This document shows positions 29,457 to 39,054 of a stretch of DNA of 64,000 nt, one piece after another; position 1 is the first letter of the stretch, and every line of letters begins with the position of its first letter. Where the stretch lies: NCBI GenBank assembly GCA_031425055.1, contig JANPIO010000270.1:493-64492 (forward strand), in the 5' to 3' direction. Below the pieces are notes generated by a model that had not been told where the DNA came from, did no database searches, and saw only the letters and a program-made list of their open reading frames with translations. This stretch comes from Phormidium sp. VAR_61_metabat_6 (GTDB lineage Bacteria > Cyanobacteriota > Cyanobacteriia > Phormidesmidales > Phormidesmidaceae). The position numbers and the translations under genes are program-made.

Positions 29457-31361
29457 CTAATCGGCCTTAAAGCACCAAAAGCGAATGGTTTCGTCGGCGC
29501 TGGTGCTGACCAGCATGCGGCTGTCGGGGGTAAATGCGATTGCCCGTACGCCCCAGTCATGGCGCAGCTGAGCGGTTTGGCTCAGCCCTTGCAAGTTGTT
29601 TAGGGTCAGGTAACCGTCGTCTGCCCCGATCGCTAGCCAATCCCCGTTAGGGCTAATCGCCACCGCCGTAATTGGGCTAGAAGCTTTGTGAATCACCAGT
29701 CCCTGGTCGGGATGCTCGGCGCTCCAGACCTGAACGTGGCCTGCGCGATCGCCGCTGACAATGCGGCCATCGTGGGGATGACAGGCGAGGGCTGCGATCG
29801 GGGCTTTGGGGGCCGTCAGGGTGCGCGTCAGCCGCCCCGAGGGGAGTGACCAAAGACGAATGGTGCGATCGCGCCCCCCACTCACCAGCAGATGCCCCAC
29901 AACATCTACCGCTAGCGCCGTCACCTGGTCTTGGTGGTGCACCAGGATCTTTGGCCCATTCCCCTCAGCCAAAGACCACAGCTGAATGCGCCCGTCGCCG
30001 CTGCCCACCGCCAGGGTGTCGCCCGGTGGGGCAATCAGCACCGAGGAAATCTGCCAGCCTGACACCGACAATTTCTGGCCGGTGTAATCATCCAGCCGCC
30101 ACCGAATTAGCTGACTGTCTTCACCGCCGCTGACGATCGCATCTCCAGCGGTAGTAAACGCCACCGCGTTGACTGCGCCGCGATGGCCCAAACCCAGCAG
30201 ACCCAGCGATCGCCGGAAGGTGTAAATCGGTTCGCCGTTGGTACAGTCCCACAGCCGCACAGAGCCGTCGGAACAGGCGGTGGCGATCGCCCTCCCGTTT
30301 GGACTCATCGCCAGCCCGTTGGCCACAACCCCCGGCAGGCTGAGGGCGAACCGCTGCTCCCAGGCCGGGATGGCACTCAGCGACTTGGTTGAGACCTGGG
30401 GCGATTTGGAGTCTTTGGAATCCAGGGCCAAATCGCTCCAGCGCAGGTCGGCCAGCACTTCCTGAGCGGTGCTGTAGCGCTCTTGCAGGCGGCGGGTGAC
30501 CATGCGATCTAACACGTGCCCCAGGGCAGAACTAACGGGTGCCGTCAGGTAGGCCTGCCATACCCAGGCATCGTCACCGACAGAATATAGGTCGAAGGGA
30601 TGCAGGCCAGTGAGCAGGTGCAGGCAGGTCACCCCTAAGCTAAAAATGTCGCTGGCATAGACTGCCTTGCCTAGGGCCTGCTCGGGGGCAGCATACCCCG
30701 CGCTGCCGATTACCGTAGCGGTGCGTTTGAGCTGTTCGGCATTGGCGATTCCGTGAGGGAACGCTGCGCGAAGCGCCTTAGCCGACCCAAAATCTACCAG
30801 TGCCAAAGGTTGCGGTGCCGGTGGCGCAATGATGTTGGCAGGCTTGATATCGCGATGAATGACGCTGTGGTTGTGAATGTAGGCCAGCACCGGCAACAGT
30901 TCATAAAGCACCCGCCGCACCAGGGCTTCTCCACCAACTTCGGGGGATTGCTGAATCAGCTGGTCGAGGTTAGGGCCGGGAATGTATTCCTGCACCAAAA
31001 ACTGCCCCTGGGCGTTGTCAATCACAGCCAGCAGGGCCGGAATTTGAGGATGCTGGCCCAGGGTCGCCAGGCGATCGGCTTCGCGGTGGAAGCACTGGGC
31101 GCTGCGTTCCGTCTCGGAATCACCTATCTCCGTCCACACCTTTCTCGTCGCAATCGTCATCTGCTTGACCACGCAGACAATGGGCAGATCGCTGCTCTCA
31201 TCCACCGCCAAATACGTGCGTCCAAACCCGCCCTGGCCCAGGAACTGCTGACAACGATAGCGATCGGCTATCCGCAGCGGCTGCCCGCAGGCTGCGCAGA
31301 CCGTGGCCCTTTTCTCGTTCTTAGGCTGTGGACAAGCAGGGTTGACGCAAAGAATGGTCAA
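29457..31361 (-). CDS. Ser/Thr protein kinase with C-terminal WD40 repeats
   Basis: N-terminal CVNPAC..C..CG, LGQGGFGRTY, IHRDIKPANII, DFG and GYAAPEQ, then WD40 repeats. TTG start. Confidence 0.93.
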   Translation of the reverse strand: MTILCVNPACPQPKNEKRATVCAACGQPLRIADRYRCQQFLGQGGFGRTYLAVDESSDLPIVCVVKQMTIATRKVWTEIGDSETERSAQCFHREADRLATLGQHPQIPALLAVIDNAQGQFLVQEYIPGPNLDQLIQQSPEVGGEALVRRVLYELLPVLAYIHNHSVIHRDIKPANIIAPPAPQPLALVDFGSAKALRAAFPHGIANAEQLKRTATVIGSAGYAAPEQALGKAVYASDIFSLGVTCLHLLTGLHPFDLYSVGDDAWVWQAYLTAPVSSALGHVLDRMVTRRLQERYSTAQEVLADLRWSDLALDSKDSKSPQVSTKSLSAIPAWEQRFALSLPGVVANGLAMSPNGRAIATACSDGSVRLWDCTNGEPIYTFRRSLGLLGLGHRGAVNAVAFTTAGDAIVSGGEDSQLIRWRLDDYTGQKLSVSGWQISSVLIAPPGDTLAVGSGDGRIQLWSLAEGNGPKILVHHQDQVTALAVDVVGHLLVSGGRDRTIRLWSLPSGRLTRTLTAPKAPIAALACHPHDGRIVSGDRAGHVQVWSAEHPDQGLVIHKASSPITAVAISPNGDWLAIGADDGYLTLNNLQGLSQTAQLRHDWGVRAIAFTPDSRMLVSTSADETIRFWCFKAD

Positions 31362-31413
31362 AGGATGGCTCTATTCACTATCCAGCAATCTGCAATGTTA
31401 GAGATCCTACACT

Positions 31414-31434
31414 GGTGGGCATTGCCTACCCTAC
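31414..31434. repeat. REP-like hairpin GGTGGGCATTGCCTACC-CTAC
   Basis: Reverse-complement copy of the 16432 element with one mismatch. Confidence 0.7.
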
Positions 31435-31512
31435 AGTAAGCAATGACACTAGGAGACGAACCCACCTACCCGTCCACCCTCCCACTCATCCACCCACCTA
31501 CCCATCCACTCC

Positions 31513-31761
31513 CTAGGTCGGCACCAGTTCGCCAGGACGAAGTTTAGACCACTTGCCCATTTCCTCGGCAAAGCTCTCGCAGCCAACCACGTCAAATTCC
31601 TTTTCAACCACATCGCCAACGACGCGAAGATTGGCGTTAACGGTAGGATTGATGGCCTCAAAGCTGGGTAAATCGGTTAAATGAGGCTGCTCGTGCAGCT
31701 CTTCCACCGCGTGGTAGGTGGTGCAGCGATCGACGTAGTGGCAGTTTACACAAATGCACAT
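31513..31761 (-). CDS. ycf34: Ycf34 family protein
   Basis: MCICVNCHYVDRCTTYHAVE...EFDVVGCESF...GKW. Confidence 0.92.
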   Translation of the reverse strand: MCICVNCHYVDRCTTYHAVEELHEQPHLTDLPSFEAINPTVNANLRVVGDVVEKEFDVVGCESFAEEMGKWSKLRPGELVPT

Positions 31762-32035
31762 AGCACGCCCCCGGCAGGAAGACAGTAGTGGTCAAGGCTG
31801 ACATCTCCAGTCTAGCCAGCCCTCGGTTAAATAGCCGTCATTCTTAAGGCAGTAAAGGGCTTTTGCCGTAAAGGGGATGCGTTTTCTGGTAGTCTAGCTC
31901 AAGTTTTTTCAATGTCCTGTATGGCCCAGCCCAGAGGTTGCAAACTGAAAACCCAGTTGGGTTTTCGGCTGTTCTCTGCGGGGCCAGGGTGTCAAGACTA
32001 AAAAACCCTGTTGTAATGAAAGAAATGAGGGTTCA

Positions 32036-33328
32036 TTGAATCCAACGCTATCACCCTTCTCCCTTGCAGTGGCTACTGAAAAATCGGCGCTTTCGCCAAA
32101 AACCTGGCCCTTCAGCGTATCGCTACTGCCACAGCAAGCCTACCTGGTGGGGGGAAGTGTCAGAGATGCCCTGCTGCATCGCCAGGCCGACTATTTAGAC
32201 CTCGACTTTGTGCTGCCTGAGCGGGCGATCGCCACGGCGCAATCCATCGCCCAGCACTACAGCGCTGGCTTTGTGGTGCTCGACACTGAGCACCAAATCG
32301 CGCGGGTGGTGTTTCCCCACGCCACCGTTGACTTTGCCCAACAGGTAGGGCCAACGATTTACTCTGACCTACAGCGGCGCGACTTTACGATCAATGCGAT
32401 CGCCTACAGCCCCCACAGCGAAACCCTGCTCGACCCCCTCGATGGCTGCGCCGACCTGGCCCGCAAAACCCTCTGCATGGTCGCCGCCGAAAACCTCAAA
32501 GACGACCCCCTGCGGCTGCTGCGGGCCTACCGCCAGGCCGCTCAGCTGGGCTTTAGCCTCGACCCTACGACTCAGCAAACTATTCGCGGCCTAGCTCCAG
32601 CCCTGGGGCGCATGGCCGCCGAACGGGTGCGCGGCGAGCTAGACTGCCTGCTCAGCCAGCCTGAGGGGTCTACCCTGCTGGGTCTGGCCTGGCAAGACGG
32701 CCTGCTGCAAACCTGGCTGCCCGAGGTCGAGCGCCCCCATCTAGACCGCCTAGCCACCATCGATCAGCTCGCAGCCCAATACCACGAGCGCTGGCCAGAG
32801 TTTTCCTACCTGCTGCACAGCTGGGTCAGAGAACAGACGACCCCTGGCCTGCACCGCAGCTGGCTCAAGGCGACCAAACTCAGCCAGCTGCTGCCCCCCG
32901 ACCTAGCCAGCGCCGAGACGACCCTGGCGAAACTCAAGTACAGCCGAGCCGAGCAGCAGGCGGTGCTGAGCATTCTCAAGGGCTGGCACTATCTGCATCA
33001 GCACCAGAGCGACACACTCCTCCCCCCTGGCCAACAGTATCAGTTGTTCAAAACTGCCGGGGCAGGCTTTGGGGGCATTGCCCTGCTGAGTCTGGCCTAC
33101 GGTATGCCCGAGGCCGTGATACTGCCGCTGGTGGAGCGATACCTCACCCCCAACGACCCCGTTGCCCATCCTCAGCCCTTAGTTACAGGCAAAGACCTGG
33201 TGCAAGGACTCGCCCTCAAACCAGGTCCTAAAATTGGTGAACTGCTAGAAGCGGTTCATCTAGCTCAGGCCGAGGGGCTAGTGAGCAGCCGCGAAGAAGC
33301 CCTGGAGTGGGTCAAGCGGCTGCTCTAG
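32036..33328 (+). CDS. Class II tRNA nucleotidyltransferase, probably CC-adding
   Basis: LVGGSVRD, DLDF, RRDFTINA, DDPLRLLRAYR and AAERVRGEL. Short segment before RRDF. Confidence 0.88.
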   Translation: MNPTLSPFSLAVATEKSALSPKTWPFSVSLLPQQAYLVGGSVRDALLHRQADYLDLDFVLPERAIATAQSIAQHYSAGFVVLDTEHQIARVVFPHATVDFAQQVGPTIYSDLQRRDFTINAIAYSPHSETLLDPLDGCADLARKTLCMVAAENLKDDPLRLLRAYRQAAQLGFSLDPTTQQTIRGLAPALGRMAAERVRGELDCLLSQPEGSTLLGLAWQDGLLQTWLPEVERPHLDRLATIDQLAAQYHERWPEFSYLLHSWVREQTTPGLHRSWLKATKLSQLLPPDLASAETTLAKLKYSRAEQQAVLSILKGWHYLHQHQSDTLLPPGQQYQLFKTAGAGFGGIALLSLAYGMPEAVILPLVERYLTPNDPVAHPQPLVTGKDLVQGLALKPGPKIGELLEAVHLAQAEGLVSSREEALEWVKRLL

Positions 33329-33629
33329 CCCCAAGGGGTTTAGCTACCCGAGGTAGGCTCAGCCGCTTCTTCGACGGTGGTCTCGGCTTCAGATGCGTCA
33401 ACTGCGTCGCGGGTCTCTTCGTCGAAACTTTTCCCGCAGCCGCGCTATCTAAAGGTGACCGCTCGCCGCCGCTTTGGTTAAGAAACATTGAAAAAGGCTA
33501 CATTACCGAAGGAGACAGTCTGGGCCGTAGCCACTTTTTGCTTTGGCAGTACATAAGCGCTGGCAAAACTGGTCTCAACTGTTCTGCGGTCGGCCCAGGC
33601 TGACCCTGTATACCCATTTCCCGCCGCCC

Positions 33630-34061
33630 ATGACTATTGCTTCAGCTTCGACTTCTCAGTACGGCGATCGCGCCATCCTTCAATCCAGCGTAGACCCACT
33701 GGAGAAATGGCCCAATCCTTCTAAGAATATCTATACCATTCACCTAGAACACCCAGAATTTACGGCGCTGTGCCCGCGATCGGGCTACCCAGACTTTGGC
33801 ACCATTGTGGTGGACTATTGCCCAGGGCCCTGGGTGGTAGAGCTAAAGGCGTTTAAGCTCTACATCAACAGCTTTCGCGATCAGCGCATCAGCCACGAGA
33901 CTGTGGCCAACCAGATCGCCGATCGCCTGTGGAATGAGCTACAGCCCCAAGGGCTGCGGGTAATTGGCGACTATACCCGCCGCGGCGGCGTCAAGACAGT
34001 AATTACGGTCAAAAAGGGCAGCTGTGAAGAATTTGGGCCTTATACCCCCAATGTGCTTTGA
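33630..34061 (+). CDS. queF: NADPH-dependent 7-cyano-7-deazaguanine (preQ0) reductase
   Basis: PEFTALCPRSGYPDFG, VELKAFKLY, ISHE and RGG. Confidence 0.95.
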   Translation: MTIASASTSQYGDRAILQSSVDPLEKWPNPSKNIYTIHLEHPEFTALCPRSGYPDFGTIVVDYCPGPWVVELKAFKLYINSFRDQRISHETVANQIADRLWNELQPQGLRVIGDYTRRGGVKTVITVKKGSCEEFGPYTPNVL

Positions 34062-34123
34062 AGCCCGATTGTCCAAGGCTAGGATTCTGAAGGGCGCAGC
34101 GTCATGGGGGTATAGGGCGACAA

Positions 34124-36220
34124 TTAGCTCAGACTGCTTAGGTCGTCGAGATCGTCGAGCAAGTCGTCAGAGGTGGGTTTTGGTGCAGGCGGATTGAGCA
34201 GGGCGTCGAGATCGAGATCGTTGGCGTTAAAGTCGTCGTCCAGGCTAAATTCATCGACTTGACCGCTGTCTGCTTCACCCTCTAATAGGGCAGCTAAGCC
34301 AAATTCCTCCTCATCTAACCCAGACGAGGCCGTCTCAGGGGCAAACTCATCTAAAGCAAACTCGGTGCTGGGTTCTGAGACAGGTTCATTGAGTAGGGCA
34401 TTGAGATCGAGACTGTTGGCGCTGAAGCTGTCGTCCAGGCTAAATTCATCGACTTGACCGCCAGCCGTCTCATTTTCGAGCAGACCAGCCAGGCCGAAGT
34501 TGCTTTCGTCTGGTGTCGGTGCTGCCCCGAAAGCCAGCTCGTCCACAGCAAATTCGGTGCTGGGTTCTGAGACAGGTTCGTTGAGCAGGGCATTGAGATC
34601 GAGACTTTCAGCGCTAAAGTCGGTGTCTAGACCTAGATCGTTGGCTTGACCACTATAGGCTTCATCTCCGAGCAGGCTAGCCAGGCCGAAATCGCTTTCA
34701 TCCGATGCCGGTGCCGCCTCAGTCGCAATCTCATCTACAGCAAATTCAGAACTGGGTTCTGAAGCAGGGTCGTTGAGTAGGGCATTGAGATGGAGACTGT
34801 CAGCGTCAACCTCAGGCTCTAGGCCAAAATCGTCGATTTGGCCGCTGTCTGCTTCGCTCTCTACGAGGCTAGCGAGGCCAAAGTCGCCCGCTGCTGACTC
34901 TGTCGAGGTCGGTTCTGAAGAAAATTCGTCAGCGTCATCAAAATTCAGCTCCGATAGATCAGAGATGGTGCCCGGCTCTGATGTAGTGAATGCATCCACG
35001 TTGAGACTGTCGCTGTCGCTGTCAGCTTCTAGGCCCCAATCGTCAACTTGACCACTAGCTGTCTCACTCTCTAGCATTGCAGCCAGGTCTGTGTCCTCCT
35101 CGTCTACTGCCGATGAGGGCACTGCTGACGAGAACTCGTTCATATCTAAGCTGATCTCGCTGTCAGCGATCAGAGCAGCTTCGTCGACGATCGCAGCTTC
35201 CGGCGGCATCGCTTCTTCGAGCATGGCCATGTCTAAATCAACCGCTGACTCATCCGCCACGGGGGCAGCTGGCTCTGGGAACGGTGCGACTTGTAGTTGC
35301 AGACGGGCTTCGTAGGCCTGCTCAAGCTCTTGGGTGCGCTGGGTCAGCTCATCCTGGTAGTGCTCGATCTTCTCAGCTAGCTTTTGCTCGTATTCGACTC
35401 TGAGACTTTCTTCTAGCTCTCGGCGCAGGTTGAGTTCTAGCTCTGCGGCCGAGGGGGCTGGGACTGCGGGGGCTAGATCGGCGGGCACCAAACTACTGGC
35501 TTGGGCCATCTGTATCCGGGCTTCGTAGTCTTGTTCCATTTGGGACAGGCGCTGGGCCATGTCATCTTCGTATTCGGCTAGGCGCTGGTCGTACTCAGCC
35601 TGAAGCCGGGCTTCTACCTCAGCGAGGTCACCGGTACCCACACTGGCTACGGCTGTCGGCTCTGGCACTAGGGCACCCAGGGAAAGCTCGCTAGGGGTTT
35701 GGGTCTGGCGAGTCTGCTCTTGGTCTTGGTAGTGGGCGATCGCCTCGGCCAGCCGCTGGTCGTAGTCTTGCTGAGCCTGCGATCGCGCCTCCACCAGCTT
35801 GTCTTGTAGGTGCTGCTCGTAGGCCTGCTGAATCTTGGTGGCTGCTTCTTTAAGGCGGGTCTCGTACTGTTTGCGAATGCGCTGTTCGGTGGTGCTGTCG
35901 GCATCAGCGAGGGCACCGCCCATGACGCTCTGGCGAGAACGGTACTCAGACTCTAGCTGTCCGCGCCGCTCCTCAAGCCGATCCTCATACTGCTCCATTT
36001 TCTCGGCGAGATGAGCTTCGTAATCTTTTTGCAGTTGCTGAGTGGCGGTGCGCAGCCGCTGCTCGTGCTCTTTTTCTAGCTCTTCTTGGCGCTTTTGGCT
36101 TTGCTGCAAGGCCTCGGTCAGCTCATTCACCCGGCCCTGACGCAGGTAATACCCCACGATAACCGCCAGCAGCAGGCCGATCAAAGCAGCAACGATCAAA
36201 CCTTGCGTAAGTTGAGGCAT
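34124..36220 (-). CDS. Membrane-anchored coiled-coil protein with an acidic tandem-repeat tail (FimV/HubP-like architecture)
   Basis: N-terminal TM, about 300 aa of heptad-rich helix, then 64-aa D/E-rich repeats. Confidence 0.8.
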   Translation of the reverse strand: MPQLTQGLIVAALIGLLLAVIVGYYLRQGRVNELTEALQQSQKRQEELEKEHEQRLRTATQQLQKDYEAHLAEKMEQYEDRLEERRGQLESEYRSRQSVMGGALADADSTTEQRIRKQYETRLKEAATKIQQAYEQHLQDKLVEARSQAQQDYDQRLAEAIAHYQDQEQTRQTQTPSELSLGALVPEPTAVASVGTGDLAEVEARLQAEYDQRLAEYEDDMAQRLSQMEQDYEARIQMAQASSLVPADLAPAVPAPSAAELELNLRRELEESLRVEYEQKLAEKIEHYQDELTQRTQELEQAYEARLQLQVAPFPEPAAPVADESAVDLDMAMLEEAMPPEAAIVDEAALIADSEISLDMNEFSSAVPSSAVDEEDTDLAAMLESETASGQVDDWGLEADSDSDSLNVDAFTTSEPGTISDLSELNFDDADEFSSEPTSTESAAGDFGLASLVESEADSGQIDDFGLEPEVDADSLHLNALLNDPASEPSSEFAVDEIATEAAPASDESDFGLASLLGDEAYSGQANDLGLDTDFSAESLDLNALLNEPVSEPSTEFAVDELAFGAAPTPDESNFGLAGLLENETAGGQVDEFSLDDSFSANSLDLNALLNEPVSEPSTEFALDEFAPETASSGLDEEEFGLAALLEGEADSGQVDEFSLDDDFNANDLDLDALLNPPAPKPTSDDLLDDLDDLSSLS
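34190..34885 (-). repeat. Intragenic tandem repeat, 192-bp unit (64 aa), about 3.6 clear copies plus one degenerate copy upstream
   Basis: Units start at 34885, 34693, 34501 and 34306 (spacings 192, 192, 195). Consensus xFGLAxLLExEAxSGQVDxFxLDxxFxAxSLDLNALLNEPxSEPSxEFAxDE. Confidence 0.9.
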
Positions 36221-36539
36221 GGTGTATCTTCCCCTGTAGAGTTCAAAGATGAGCCGTAGAGTATCTACGCCTGAGGGGCAGAAAACAGCTACTACCCCGC
36301 CTTTGCAGCCACTTTCCAGCCGCTAAATATTGACGATCAATGATATACGCTGCGTCCCGTTTGGGAACTCAGACTTTGCTCCACCTCGGGCAGAGCAGAG
36401 ACTTTCCATAACAGATTATGACTGTGGAGAGGGCCACTCTGCGGCCCCCCAGAGTCATCCTCTACAATAGAAGCTACGGTGTATCGGCGCAGTCAATCTG
36501 AACCACAGACACCGTAATTGTCCCATTACATCTTTGCGT

Positions 36540-36980
36540 ATGACCCAGTCTTCCCACCGCCCGCCTGCTGCTACCGATACCCCTGTGCCGAATCAAACTG
36601 AGGACGACGCCCTTGAGCTGGCCTACGCCATTGCGGCTGCCGCCGATGAGCGGAAAGCAGGCAACATTACAATTCTCCAGGTGGGAGATGTGTCGTACTT
36701 AGCTGATTATTTTGTGGTGGCTACCGGCTTTTCAGCCGTGCAGGTGCGTGCCATCACCCGCTCCATTGAAGCCAGTCTCGAAACCGACCACAACCGTCGC
36801 CCTTTGCGGGTCGAAGGCCAGGGCGAAGGCAGCTGGATCGTCATGGACTACGGCGAAGTCATTGCCCACATCTTTATGCCTGAGGCCCGAGACTACTACG
36901 ATTTAGAAGCGTTTTGGGGTCATGCTAACCAAATTTTGTACCAGCCCTCAGGCCAGCACTTTAGCCCAGCCCAGTTCTAA
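36540..36980 (+). CDS. rsfS: Ribosome silencing factor (Iojap)
   Basis: AADERKA, LADYFVVATG, WIVMDYGEVIAHIF and RDYYDLEAFW. Confidence 0.95.
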   Translation: MTQSSHRPPAATDTPVPNQTEDDALELAYAIAAAADERKAGNITILQVGDVSYLADYFVVATGFSAVQVRAITRSIEASLETDHNRRPLRVEGQGEGSWIVMDYGEVIAHIFMPEARDYYDLEAFWGHANQILYQPSGQHFSPAQF

Positions 36981-37108
36981 AGCTGAGCTAGGATTGGCCT
37001 GTTTGCCCTTGCGGTCACTGTCCGCTGGAACACAAATTCCTAGGCAGCAATTCCTATTGGTAGGCAATTCGTTTAGGCTATAGCTAGATTTGCGTATTGT
37101 CGGGGGCC

Positions 37109-37597
37109 ATGACTCAACGATGTCCAGTACCGGCTGAGCAACAGCCTATCAACGAATATCAGGACGTGCGCGAGTCCTGGTTTTACGGCTGGGGTAGCCG
37201 AGATTTGGCAGCCTATCTCAAACCCGTCGCTATTCTTTGGCTGGTCGGCTGGGTTGTGGCTGGGCCTATGGCTGCCGCCAGCTTTGACCCAGCCAAGCAT
37301 CCCCTTTCCTTTAGCCTCAGTGGGGCTCTGGGGGCTCTAGTACTGCCTGTGCTGGCCCTCCTTCAGCTCTACGTAGGGTGGGCTCATGTGGGCGGACGCC
37401 TGCGGCAAACTACCGTACCCTACGAAGAGTCGGGCTGGTACGACGGCCAACTCTGGGTGAAGCCCGAAGAGGTTTCAAACCGCGATCGCTTGATCGTCGA
37501 CTATGAGGTGCAGCCCGTGCTCCAGCGCATTCGCCGCACTCTGGGGGTGATGGCTCTGCTGCTTGCCCTGGGGCTGATCGTCTGGCCCCTGGTATAG
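37109..37597 (+). CDS. CGLD27 / DUF1230 (Ycf36) family membrane protein
   Basis: CPVPAEQQPINEY, YEESGWYDGQLWVKP and two TM segments. Confidence 0.9.
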   Translation: MTQRCPVPAEQQPINEYQDVRESWFYGWGSRDLAAYLKPVAILWLVGWVVAGPMAAASFDPAKHPLSFSLSGALGALVLPVLALLQLYVGWAHVGGRLRQTTVPYEESGWYDGQLWVKPEEVSNRDRLIVDYEVQPVLQRIRRTLGVMALLLALGLIVWPLV

Positions 37598-37646
37598 TGA
37601 TCATCGCTGCCCCATCACCCTTGTACACCACCGCAGAGCGTCCCCT

Positions 37647-38609
37647 ATGACCAGTAGTCGGGTTAACCGCCACCAAACCAAAGAGCTAGAAATTCAGCTG
37701 CTGCGAGAGGGCATTGTAGAGGCTACCCATCTGGCCCACGTGGCGGTATGCGATAACCGAGGGCGCACCCTATCGGTGGCGGGAAACGGTGAGCTGGGTA
37801 CCTTTATTCGCTCTGCCCTTAAACCTTTTCAAGCTCTGGCGGTGACCGCCGCCGGAGCGCTAGAGCGCTACAGTCTTGGCGATCGCGACTTAGCTATCAT
37901 GTGCGGCTCGCACCAGGGCACTATCGAGCAGGCGCGTCAGGCCTTTCACATTCTCTGGCAGGCCGATCTCGACCCTACGGCCCTGCGCTGTCCTACTCCG
38001 GCAGGCAAAAAAAGCCCCCTTGAGCACAACTGCTCGGGCAAGCACGCCGGTATGCTGGCCGTTTGTCAGCAGCGCAACTGGCCCCTAGCGACCTATCTCG
38101 ATCGCAGCCACCCCGTACAAAAGCTGATTTTGACCCGCATTTCAGAACTGCTGGGCATGCCCTCTGACGAGTTTATCTGCGCCCATGACGACTGCGGCGC
38201 TCCCACCTACTTCATGCAGCTGAGCCAGATGGCTTCTCTGTTTGCCATGCTCTCCTCGGGCAACAACCTCGATATGGAGCGCATCGTTCGGGCCATGATT
38301 AGCCATCCCGACATGGTGGGCGGCCCCGGCAGCTTCGACACCACGCTGATGAATCTTACCCACGGAGCCCTAGTCAGCAAATCGGGGGCCGAGGGCATTC
38401 AGTGCATTGGCCGGGTGGGCGAAGGTCTGGGCCTGTCGATTAAGGTGGTTGACGGGGCCAAGCGGGCCAAGTACGCCACCGCGATCTTTACCCTGCGGCA
38501 GCTTGGCTGGATCACTCCCACAGTGGCCGACACCCTGGCCGACACCTACATGAAAGTTGGCGATTTTACGCGGCTCGATGTTGTCGGCGATCTGCCCATG
38601 ATGTATTGA
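37647..38609 (+). CDS. L-asparaginase II (Rhizobium AnsA type)
   Basis: RSALKPFQA, CGSHQG, HNCSGKHAG and SKSGAEG. Confidence 0.9.
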   Translation: MTSSRVNRHQTKELEIQLLREGIVEATHLAHVAVCDNRGRTLSVAGNGELGTFIRSALKPFQALAVTAAGALERYSLGDRDLAIMCGSHQGTIEQARQAFHILWQADLDPTALRCPTPAGKKSPLEHNCSGKHAGMLAVCQQRNWPLATYLDRSHPVQKLILTRISELLGMPSDEFICAHDDCGAPTYFMQLSQMASLFAMLSSGNNLDMERIVRAMISHPDMVGGPGSFDTTLMNLTHGALVSKSGAEGIQCIGRVGEGLGLSIKVVDGAKRAKYATAIFTLRQLGWITPTVADTLADTYMKVGDFTRLDVVGDLPMMY

Positions 38610-38863
38610 CCGCACCGAGAACGTATTCGAAAACAGGCCTAGCCCTTCACCTGTCGTCCTGGGGGGCTAGTTTTTAAATGCGTGCCTAACCAGCACCCCC
38701 TTCGGCTTTGCTTAAAAGGCCGAGGCTTGATTCTACCCAGCCGCTCGGTCAGCTCAAAACCCTTTGAAATAAGGGATTCAGGCCAATTATCTGAAAAAAT
38801 TTTATGTAAAAGAAAAATTAGGTTGTTATCTGAGAACATTTAGCGCTATATTGAATAAGCCGC

Positions 38864-38940
<77 letters not shown>

Positions 38941-38943
38941 CCA

Positions 38944-38981
38944 CAAAAAAGGTTCCTAGCCATGGCTAGGAACCTTTTTTG
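38944..38981. terminator. Perfect 38-bp palindrome, bidirectional intrinsic terminator after the tRNA
   Basis: CAAAAAAGGTTCCTAGCCATGGCTAGGAACCTTTTTTG is self-complementary. Confidence 0.85.
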
Positions 38982-39054
38982 TTTGAGCTACCTTGGCCAA
39001 CGCGTCCTCAATGGGCGATAGTGATTTTTGTTCACCCCGTCGAGGCCAGCACCA

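Noticed and set aside
33329-33629. Small gene or riboswitch between the nucleotidyltransferase and queF
   Set aside because: A minus-strand acidic frame (…FDEETRDAVDASEAETTVEEAAEPTSGS*) has no start codon after an in-frame TAG. The other frames give no recognisable protein, and I see no preQ1 aptamer.
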